From NCBI GenBank assembly GCA_022180565.1, contig BQML01000006.1, positions 2,504 through 66,503 of the forward strand: 64,000 nucleotides of DNA. The letters are read 5' to 3'. Below, piece by piece: positions 56,662-64,000 of this stretch (positions within the stretch are counted from its first letter, which is position 1; every line of letters starts with the position of its first letter). Under the pieces are notes generated by a model. It saw only the letters and a program-made list of their open reading frames with translations, was not told the DNA's origin and ran no database searches. The stretch comes from Bacteroidia bacterium. GTDB lineage: Bacteria; Bacteroidota; Ignavibacteria; UBA10030. A program made the position numbers and the translations under genes.

Positions 56662-58246
56662 AGAAATTCACCTTGAGACCGAGTTCGGCCATCGCCGCAG
56701 CCTTCACAAGCATCCCCTTTTTAGCAGACGTCTGATCCGGCGCATACACGACATGGATGTGATTCGACTTGTGTCTCGCCATCATCTGGTCACGCGTCAC
56801 CCCCTTGAGCACCGCATGCATGATCGGCCATTGTGACGTCGTCAGCCTCCACCGTTCCTGCGTCTCCTCATCCGGCAATGCCACAACTTCGGCCAATCCC
56901 GTGTCATATTGAAGCCCGCCGTTCGCTACGAAGACGCGGCTCCAGACCACAAAACCTGGCTTGCTGACGCCCTTGAGGGTCCCTCCCCCCAACCGAAAAT
57001 ACATCGGCGGCTGGCGTTCGCTCGACGCGCCGCGATATCCGTCCACAAAATGCGCCGGCGGGGCCGCCCCCGAGATCTCGAACACCCAGACGAAATCATC
57101 GATGCCGTTTCCTTTGTACCATCGGCCCCATCGCAAATCATGGAGCGTGTTTTCCGGCGGAAATCCGAGCCGTCTCCAGAGACGATAGGTAATCAGCGCA
57201 TCAAGGCCTGCACATTCGTCCACTTCGTTGAAATGCGGCACGGCCTCCCCGGGAAACAGTTCCTCCCCCGTCTGTTCATCAAAAACCGGTGGGCGGTCGA
57301 CGTTGTTCAGAAGTCCTTCCGCCAGATCAGAAGCGGGCGTGAGGTCCTTGAGGCCTTGCTGATACTGAATGCCGATGGCCGCACAGCCGAATTCCTTTGC
57401 GAGTCGAACCGCCGCAATGTACATTTTGCACTGCTGAAGCACTTGCGCCTTTGTCAGCTCCGTTGATTCATCTCGACCAAATCTGAACTGCATTCCCTTT
57501 GCTGTCAACCATCGAAACACCGCCTCGGCTTCCCGATCCGGCACTGTCAGCATCTTCGCATAGAGCGTGGACTGACTCAATCGCTCCTTGAAGACACCTG
57601 TCGGATGCAGAAGTTCGTCGGGGATGATGGCATTGTACATCCCCATGCATCCTTCGTCGAACACTCCAAGAATCGCCTTGTTCCGGCGGAACTCACGGGC
57701 AAAGTTTTCCCCCATCGTTCTTAGGCGGGCGGGAATGGCAGACGCTCTGTATGGAACAACATGATCGGTCTTGTGGCGAAGGTTGCCCGACTTTAACCAC
57801 CGGTCCAGCCCGCGTCGGAAGAACTCGTCCGTAAAATCCTCGCTCCAGAGCGTTGAATACGCCACACCGGCTTTTGTCAAAGAAGCATTCAGGTTCAACA
57901 GGCCGACCAGACCCGGCCAGGTGCCGCTCCAATTCGCGACCGTCAAAATCGGCCCCTGGTGCGTTGTCAGGCCGGCCAGCACATGATGGCTGTACTGCCA
58001 GGCGGACACGGCCACAATGAGGGGATCTCGCGGCGGGATGGACCGGAACACTTCGATACCGTACGCTTGGCTGTCAATGAAACCGTGCCTCTTGGATTCG
58101 TCGTAAGCGTGGGCGCGTTGAACGGTCCCTCCGAACCTGCGCACGGCGGCAAGAATTTTTTGTTCCATCTCCGCCTGCGTCGCTTCGCAATTTTGATTGG
58201 CAGCGAGGCGAAGGTCCCCGCTCGCAATCATCTGAATTGTTTTCAT
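56645..58246 (-). CDS. L-fucose/D-arabinose isomerase family protein
   Basis: W.G.VG.LN, GCMGM, FNEVD and LHD.RWG (E/D metal ligands), C-terminal SNH.HV (His ligand). Confidence 0.75.
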   Translation of the reverse strand: MKTIQMIASGDLRLAANQNCEATQAEMEQKILAAVRRFGGTVQRAHAYDESKRHGFIDSQAYGIEVFRSIPPRDPLIVAVSAWQYSHHVLAGLTTHQGPILTVANWSGTWPGLVGLLNLNASLTKAGVAYSTLWSEDFTDEFFRRGLDRWLKSGNLRHKTDHVVPYRASAIPARLRTMGENFAREFRRNKAILGVFDEGCMGMYNAIIPDELLHPTGVFKERLSQSTLYAKMLTVPDREAEAVFRWLTAKGMQFRFGRDESTELTKAQVLQQCKMYIAAVRLAKEFGCAAIGIQYQQGLKDLTPASDLAEGLLNNVDRPPVFDEQTGEELFPGEAVPHFNEVDECAGLDALITYRLWRRLGFPPENTLHDLRWGRWYKGNGIDDFVWVFEISGAAPPAHFVDGYRGASSERQPPMYFRLGGGTLKGVSKPGFVVWSRVFVANGGLQYDTGLAEVVALPDEETQERWRLTTSQWPIMHAVLKGVTRDQMMARHKSNHIHVVYAPDQTSAKKGMLVKAAAMAELGLKVNFCGVHP

Positions 58247-58264
58247 GGTATTCTCCGAGCTCGG

Positions 58265-58341
58265 TCAAAGATAATGAGGGAGAAGGGTAATTGCCAATCG
58301 GCAATTCTCCTTGCTCCTCATTTCCCTCTTTTCTATTTTTG
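58265..58341. promoter_or_regulatory. Back-to-back divergent promoters with central palindrome AATTGCC-AATC-GGCAATT
   Basis: Plus strand: TTGCTC-17-TATTTT(TG). Minus strand: TTGGCA-18-TATCTT(TG). Perfect 7-bp IR at 58289-58306. Confidence 0.6.
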
Positions 58342-58346
58342 CACCA

Positions 58347-59534
58347 ATGCGTCTCGACGATTGTAAGAATCTTTATCGCGACGGATTGCTCTCGGACACG
58401 ATTCCGTTCTGGATTCCCCGTTCGCTTGATCGGGAACATGGGGGGTTTATCCATGTTCTCGACCGCGACGGATCCGTGCTGTCCACCGATAAGTCGATCT
58501 GGCTCCAGGCAAGGTTTTCCTGGATGCTGGCGACCTTGTATCTGTCCGTGGAACCCCGAAAGGAGTGGCTGGAGGCCGCGCGTTCCGGCGTGGAATTCCT
58601 TGCCCGTCATGGATTCGACGCGGACCACAGGATGTTCTTCTGGGTGACGCGGGAAGGAAAGCCGCTCCGCAAGAGGAGATATGTTTTTTCAGAGCTCTTC
58701 ACGGCGATGGCGTACGCGGCCTTCAGTCTTGCGTCCGGAGATGCCAGGTGGGCTTCCCAGGGAAGGGAAGTATTCAAAACGGCTCTACGCTACCACACGA
58801 CGCCCGGTCTCCTGTCCCCGAAGGTCGATCCCAAAACTCGGCCGATGAAAGGGCTGGCAATGACCATGATGCTCATTGCCGCGGCTCAGGAGTTGCGCAA
58901 AGCCGTCAACGATCCTCTCTTTACAACGGTGATCGACGACGGCATCAACGACATCGAACGGCATTTTTTGAAGCCGGAGTTCAAATGCCTCATGGAAAAC
59001 GTCGGTCCCAAGGGAGAAGTGTACGACACGCTGGACGGCAGACAGGTGAATCCCGGTCACTCCCTCGAAGCCGGATGGTTCATTCTTGCGGAAGGTCGGT
59101 ACCGAAACAACGACCCTCGTCTGATCAGGCTCGGCACGACGATCATCGATTGGTCGTATGAAATCGGACTCGACCGCGAGTACGGAGGGCTGCTGTATTT
59201 TCGCGACGCCCGGGGGCTTCCGCCCACCGAGTACTGGCACGACATGAAATTCTGGTGGCCGCACAATGAGGCCATTGTTGCGACCTTGATGGCCTGGCGT
59301 TGCACCGGCGATCGCAAGTACCTCGACTGGCACGCGACGATGCACGACTGGGCGTACAGCCATTTCCCGGACAAGGAACACGGTGAATGGTTTGGGTACC
59401 TGCGACGCGACGGGGCCATTTCTACGCCTGTGAAGGGCACGATGTGGAAAGGAATGTTCCATCTGCCGCGAATGCAGCTGCTGGGATGGAAGTTGTTGGA
59501 AGAGCAGGAAGGAATTGAAAACTCAAGAGTCTAA
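58347..59534 (+). CDS. N-acylglucosamine 2-epimerase (AGE family)
   Basis: DK..WLQAR, YVFSE, NPGH.LE.GWF, KFWWPHNE, GEWFGYL and WKG.FH.PR motifs. Start moved to ATG 58347. Confidence 0.92.
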   Translation: MRLDDCKNLYRDGLLSDTIPFWIPRSLDREHGGFIHVLDRDGSVLSTDKSIWLQARFSWMLATLYLSVEPRKEWLEAARSGVEFLARHGFDADHRMFFWVTREGKPLRKRRYVFSELFTAMAYAAFSLASGDARWASQGREVFKTALRYHTTPGLLSPKVDPKTRPMKGLAMTMMLIAAAQELRKAVNDPLFTTVIDDGINDIERHFLKPEFKCLMENVGPKGEVYDTLDGRQVNPGHSLEAGWFILAEGRYRNNDPRLIRLGTTIIDWSYEIGLDREYGGLLYFRDARGLPPTEYWHDMKFWWPHNEAIVATLMAWRCTGDRKYLDWHATMHDWAYSHFPDKEHGEWFGYLRRDGAISTPVKGTMWKGMFHLPRMQLLGWKLLEEQEGIENSRV

Positions 59535-59566
59535 AAAACAACGCGAATTAAACACATCAGCAACCG

Positions 59567-60427
59567 ATGGCAAGGATTGAAGACATACCCGACAACAATG
59601 ACGTTGAGTTTTACCGGAGCAACGGTTACTGGCTGAGTCCGAAGCTGTTTTCAGACGAAGAGCTCTCAGAGTTCAGGAAACACCATGCCATGGTCGTGGC
59701 CGGTGAATATGAGACGAAACGATTCCCTCTCAGCCGCGATCCGGAGCCTGGGGACACGTCGAAGCTGGTGCAGGTCAATAACGCGTATTGGACCGACGCC
59801 ACGATCGCCCGCCTGGTTCTCTCCCCTGTCATCGGAAGGATTGCCGCCGCGCTTTCAGGGGTCAGGGGCATTCGCCTCTGGCACGATCAATTGCTCTACA
59901 AGCCGCCGCAGAGCGGAAGCTCGGGCGCGATCGGCTGGCATCAGGATCTGGGGTACTGGCAGTGCCTCGACAACGACAAGGCTCTTACGGCCTGGGTGGC
60001 ATTGGAGGATGTGACCGAGGAGAACGGTTGCATGGAGGTCGTGCCCGGGAGCCATACCTGGGGGCTTCTTGGCGAGGATCATTTCTATCAAAAAGACATC
60101 GACCATCAGAAGAAACGCATTGAGCAGAAGACCGGCCGGCCGTTCACAACCAAATCGTGCGTGCTCCCGGCAGGATGCGTCAGCTTTCATCACTGTCTCA
60201 CCATCCACGGAAGCCGGCCGAACCTGAGCAATCGCCCGCGCATTTCGATTGCCATTCATCTCATTGCAGACGGTACCCGCTATCGGGCCGGCAGTGTCTC
60301 GGATGATCACACCAGCAACACCCTCCGGCAACCGCGGGACGGCGATACGTACGCCGGACCTTATTTCCCCGTCCTGTACCGTGAGGGCGATACTCTCGCC
60401 AACGTCTGGATGAACTCGCCCCTGTGA
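59567..60427 (+). CDS. PhyH-family Fe(II)/2-oxoglutarate dioxygenase
   Basis: WHQD, WVALED...ENG.M.VVPGSH and HGS.PN.S..PR motifs. Confidence 0.9.
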   Translation: MARIEDIPDNNDVEFYRSNGYWLSPKLFSDEELSEFRKHHAMVVAGEYETKRFPLSRDPEPGDTSKLVQVNNAYWTDATIARLVLSPVIGRIAAALSGVRGIRLWHDQLLYKPPQSGSSGAIGWHQDLGYWQCLDNDKALTAWVALEDVTEENGCMEVVPGSHTWGLLGEDHFYQKDIDHQKKRIEQKTGRPFTTKSCVLPAGCVSFHHCLTIHGSRPNLSNRPRISIAIHLIADGTRYRAGSVSDDHTSNTLRQPRDGDTYAGPYFPVLYREGDTLANVWMNSPL

Positions 60428-60458
60428 ACAACGCCACCCTCCACTCCGTCACGGCTCC

Positions 60459-61940
60459 ATGAAGTTCACACTGATTGATGGAGTGATTGTCCTCGCCTAT
60501 GTGACTGCCGCTGCCTGGGCCGGCCTGTCTGTACGGCGCCGTGTTCACACGATTGCGGACTTCCTCGTTGCAGGACGCCGCTTGCGGTATCACCTTGGTG
60601 TCGCCACACTTGTCGCCACAGAGTTGGGTCTGGTCACGATGATGTATTTCGCCGAACAGGGTTTTCGCTTCGGCCTTGCGGCATTCATCATTGGCGTAAT
60701 CTGGGCCGCGGCGTACCTGACGATCGGCACAACAGGCTTCGTGGTTGACCGGCTTCGGACGATGGAGATTATGACCATCACCGAGTATTTCGCGCGCCGG
60801 TACGGCCGCGGCGTCCGCATTCTTGCGGCAAGTCTCCTGATCATCGCGGGCATTCTGAGCCTCGGCGTGTTCCTGAAGCTCGGCGCGCTCTTCATCGTAC
60901 ATTTTCTCGGCATCCCCGAAACCTCAATCCATGTCACAACGACAGTGCTCCTCATCCTCGTCCTCGCGTACACGGCGTTGGGCGGAATGGTCTCCGTCGT
61001 GCTGACCGATTTCATTCAGTTTGTCTTCCTCGCGCTCGGGATGGCCCTGACCACCGTCCTCGTGATCTCAGGTCACGGCCTCCTGGGATTTTTCGACCAG
61101 GCGGCGGTTGCCTACAGCGCCGTCGGACTCGATCCGTTCGACCATCCGGAGTACGGCTGGTGGTTCATCGCCTACTGGACAGTCTTCGCAGTTTCCGGAT
61201 GCGTTCTCTGGCAACCGGTCGCTCAACGAGTTCTCGCGGCGGAACATCCGGCCATCAACCGGTTTATCTTCAGGTCAACAGGACTGATGTTCCTCGGACG
61301 TGCATTCTTTCCGATCATTTGGGGCATCGGAGCTGCGCTCCTGTTCGGTCTCGACAGCGATGCTTCGGCAGGAATGCCTCGCTTGCTCGCGGAGATTCTC
61401 CCGGCGGGACTGCTTGGACTTCTGACCGCGGGCATGTTTGCCGCGATGATGTCGACGGATTCCAGCTACATTCTGGCGTGGAGCAGTATCATCGTCCAGG
61501 ATTTCCTCGACCCCTTGCGCAGACACCCGTTCACCGACACCCAGCGACTGCGGGCAACCCGCTGGTCCATTGCGGTCATAGGCCTGTTGATGCTGGTCTT
61601 CGGCATCTGGTACGAGCTGAAGGACTCCGCGTTCCGCTACCTGCTCGACGTTACGACCGTCTACTACGCGGGCGGACTCCCCGCTCTTGTCCTGGGCTTG
61701 TATTGGAAACGATCGACAACCGCCGGAGCCTACGCGGCATTCATCGGAGGGGGCCTTCTGCCGCTCGCGTTTGTGATCGAGGATATTCTCCTTCAGGCCG
61801 GGGGCGCCTCAGGGGAGGGATTCATTGCCGGATTGATGCCTCCGAACCTGCGCGGGTTTCTGAGCTTCGCACTCGGCTTTGCGGGACTGTTCGTCGGATC
61901 GCTGCTTTCATCCAAGACAGATCGACAAACGATACGCTGA
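60459..61940 (+). CDS. Sodium:solute symporter (SSS)
   Basis: DFLVAGR, EYF..RYG, LGGM.SV..TD..Q and AAMMST.S motifs. Confidence 0.9.
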   Translation: MKFTLIDGVIVLAYVTAAAWAGLSVRRRVHTIADFLVAGRRLRYHLGVATLVATELGLVTMMYFAEQGFRFGLAAFIIGVIWAAAYLTIGTTGFVVDRLRTMEIMTITEYFARRYGRGVRILAASLLIIAGILSLGVFLKLGALFIVHFLGIPETSIHVTTTVLLILVLAYTALGGMVSVVLTDFIQFVFLALGMALTTVLVISGHGLLGFFDQAAVAYSAVGLDPFDHPEYGWWFIAYWTVFAVSGCVLWQPVAQRVLAAEHPAINRFIFRSTGLMFLGRAFFPIIWGIGAALLFGLDSDASAGMPRLLAEILPAGLLGLLTAGMFAAMMSTDSSYILAWSSIIVQDFLDPLRRHPFTDTQRLRATRWSIAVIGLLMLVFGIWYELKDSAFRYLLDVTTVYYAGGLPALVLGLYWKRSTTAGAYAAFIGGGLLPLAFVIEDILLQAGGASGEGFIAGLMPPNLRGFLSFALGFAGLFVGSLLSSKTDRQTIR

Positions 61941-61943
61941 AGA

Positions 61944-62075
61944 ATGGAAGTCTGGAAGATCATCTGGATCGTCACGCTCGTGATTGCCTTCGTCGGCTTC
62001 ATCTTCCTCAGTTCAAAGGTGATCTGGCGGGGGTTGACGGAAATGAAGGAGTTGTTGAAGGGATTGGACGAGTAG
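61944..62075 (+). CDS. 43-aa single-pass membrane peptide, probable SSS accessory subunit
   Basis: MEVWKIIWIVTLVIAFVGFIFLSSKVIWRGLTEMKELLKGLDE*. Starts 3 nt after the SSS stop; below the ORF-track cutoff. Confidence 0.75.
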   Translation: MEVWKIIWIVTLVIAFVGFIFLSSKVIWRGLTEMKELLKGLDE

Positions 62076-62141
62076 GGCTTCTGTCGGCCGGTGCGCGCAA
62101 TTTCCTCTGACGATTTCAGGAATGAGAGACGCGCGGGTTCC

Positions 62142-64000
62142 TTAGTTCAATTCCTTCCTGAATTCATCCCTGTACAAACCGATCCTCTCGAACGGTATCG
62201 TTTCAAAACCCATCCTCGCGACCGGCGAGTCTTTTCTAAAGCGAAAATCCTTCTTTGTGATGTCAATAAATCCGGGATCATCGGTAAAGATGTTGTCCTT
62301 GAACTCCCCGACGAGCGCTGACTGTGCGATCGGGATCATGTCGTATCCCTCCACCCTATCAATGTTGAGGTAGTACGGATCCCATCCGGACTGCCCTTCT
62401 GAACGCCTCCGCAAAATGATCGGGTCGGCAACGAGGTTATCCCTGACGACCACCGTCGAAAAATCAAACTCCCAGTAATCGTACACATCCATCCATCTGC
62501 CGCCGACGGAAATATTCCGGATGATCTTGTTTCCCTTCGGAACCCGCGGCTCATCGTCATAGAGCTTCAACAGTTCGGGGTAGCGGGTGCTGTACGGGGG
62601 TTGGCGAAACTTCATGTCCTCCATCCGCTCAAACAGCCATGGAAAGGTCCCGTCAAAGTAGTAGCCCGCCCACCCCAATCCGCGTGCATCGACATGGACA
62701 GAAGGTGAACACTCGATGAAGATGTTGTTCTCCACCGTGTTGTCGCGTCCTCCGCCAATGAACGCCGCTCTCCCGGCGCGGAAGAACACGTTCCCGAAAA
62801 CCGTGAATCCGCTCGCCCAGTCGTCGAGATACACCGCCATGACGCCATGGAGCCCGGGGCCGACGAGATCATGCAAGTAGTTGTAGCGGATCACATTCCC
62901 CCGCCAGGTCCAATCCCTCCCGGTATGAAGCGCCCCTGCATCCCCGGTTTCCTGAGTGACATCATGGATTTCGTTGAATTCTATGACATGCTCGTTTCCC
63001 CGAAGGTAAATCGCCTCAAAGGGCGCATCGTGAATCTTGTTGTGCGCAATCCTGTTTCCCACACCATCGAGGAAAATGCCGTACTGGCCCGTTCGAAGCC
63101 AAGTGCTGAAATGGTGAATGTGGTTATTGACCGCTTCGTTGTTTCCGGGAGTGAGCGAGGCGCGATCTCCTCCCATCAAACGAACAGCTCCCCGCGACAA
63201 ATCGTACAGATCGCAACTCTGGACCCTGTTCCGCCCTCCCCCATAGATGCCCACGGCTTCTCCGCCCAATTGCCTGAACGTGCATCCTGCGATTCTGTTA
63301 TCGTCTCCCGAAGCGATCACGATCCCCTCGGCCCGCGATTGTTCGAAAACGAAGCCGCGAATAACGATTCGCTTCGCCTTTTCCAAAACCATCAGCGGCT
63401 CGCCGAGGATCGACACCGAGCAGTCATAGTCCCCGAGTGGTCCGGGTGGCCAGAAGTACAGGATACCGGTCGCCCGATCAAGGTACCATTCGCCAGGCCG
63501 GTCGAGTTCTTCAAGCGCGTTCAGAACATAGTAGCGCTGGTTCTTCGTGTACCCGTAGTAGTGATGAGGCTCCGCAAGAGTGATCTCACGCGCGATCGTG
63601 TCGATCGATTTCACGCGCTGAAACGAATCACTCCAATCCCAGGTCCAGTAACCGTGCAGAATCACGTCCTCGTGCTGTTTCCATCTGCCCGGCCTGTCCC
63701 CCTCGTACCGTATGCGGCCGTAGTGACGACCGACCGGCACGCCGTCGTACCGCTTCTCCCGCTCCAGCCCCTCATTATAAAGAGAGTCTCCGGTCTGAGG
63801 CACATCTGCAACTCTCAGCCACCCCGTATTGGGCCAGCGGGCCAACTGCATCCGCTCGCCCCTGTAGAACAGTTCCAGACCCGGACTCCCCCTCTGTTCA
63901 ATGACCCCATAATCATGGATTCCCTGGGCCCGAAGGCTTGTCTTAAACACATGTCCTCTTGCCGTCGAATCTAGTCGCCCAAGGCTCGGGCTATCCGTAA
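62142..64000 (-). CDS. Right-handed parallel beta-helix protein (GH141-like), 5'-truncated by the window edge
   Basis: ELF..G.RM.LARWPN, NALEELD.PGEWY, E.GD.GA and YLDD motifs plus N.IH repeats. The frame stays open to 64000. Confidence 0.8.
   Translation of the reverse strand, partial: TDSPSLGRLDSTARGHVFKTSLRAQGIHDYGVIEQRGSPGLELFYRGERMQLARWPNTGWLRVADVPQTGDSLYNEGLEREKRYDGVPVGRHYGRIRYEGDRPGRWKQHEDVILHGYWTWDWSDSFQRVKSIDTIAREITLAEPHHYYGYTKNQRYYVLNALEELDRPGEWYLDRATGILYFWPPGPLGDYDCSVSILGEPLMVLEKAKRIVIRGFVFEQSRAEGIVIASGDDNRIAGCTFRQLGGEAVGIYGGGRNRVQSCDLYDLSRGAVRLMGGDRASLTPGNNEAVNNHIHHFSTWLRTGQYGIFLDGVGNRIAHNKIHDAPFEAIYLRGNEHVIEFNEIHDVTQETGDAGALHTGRDWTWRGNVIRYNYLHDLVGPGLHGVMAVYLDDWASGFTVFGNVFFRAGRAAFIGGGRDNTVENNIFIECSPSVHVDARGLGWAGYYFDGTFPWLFERMEDMKFRQPPYSTRYPELLKLYDDEPRVPKGNKIIRNISVGGRWMDVYDYWEFDFSTVVVRDNLVADPIILRRRSEGQSGWDPYYLNIDRVEGYDMIPIAQSALVGEFKDNIFTDDPGFIDITKKDFRFRKDSPVARMGFETIPFERIGLYRDEFRKELN

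Noticed and set aside
406-63974. Many long opposite-strand or off-frame ORFs in the track (e.g. 406-1410+, 34333-35460+, 52114-53133+, 62847-63974+)
   Set aside because: They shadow genes with clear family motifs and show no motifs of their own, as expected in moderately GC-rich DNA.

Overview
No rRNA, tRNA, CRISPR or mobile element was recognised in this window, which is almost entirely one large carbohydrate-utilisation region. The organism is probably a deep-branching FCB bacterium (Ignavibacteriota-like), inferred from a T9SS CTD protein plus PorV, a TonB-dependent receptor without SusD, Shine-Dalgarno sites and TTGACA-17-TATACT promoters. About 40 co-oriented minus-strand genes (1-58246), many translationally coupled, encode: an outer-membrane triad (TBDR, T9SS-secreted protein, PorV-like barrel); two heparinase II/III-type lyases; GH38, GH172, GH15-like and several unclassified (alpha/alpha)-barrel proteins; a duplicated beta-propeller + uncharacterised toroid pair; two paralogous SSS symporters; an ABC SBP + permease with no ATPase in the window; three aldose-ketose isomerases; a PfkB kinase and class I aldolase; and non-standard enzymes (class III and V PLP enzymes, a fused double amidohydrolase, OYE, PhyH dioxygenase, a catalytic-domain-only MetE, ADC family, a degenerate MBL fold, a Cys-motif protein). 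A divergent plus-strand unit encodes an AGE epimerase, a PhyH dioxygenase, an SSS and a 43-aa membrane peptide missed by the ORF track. A GH141-like beta-helix gene runs off the right end. All products are motif-based calls made by eye; no database search was run.
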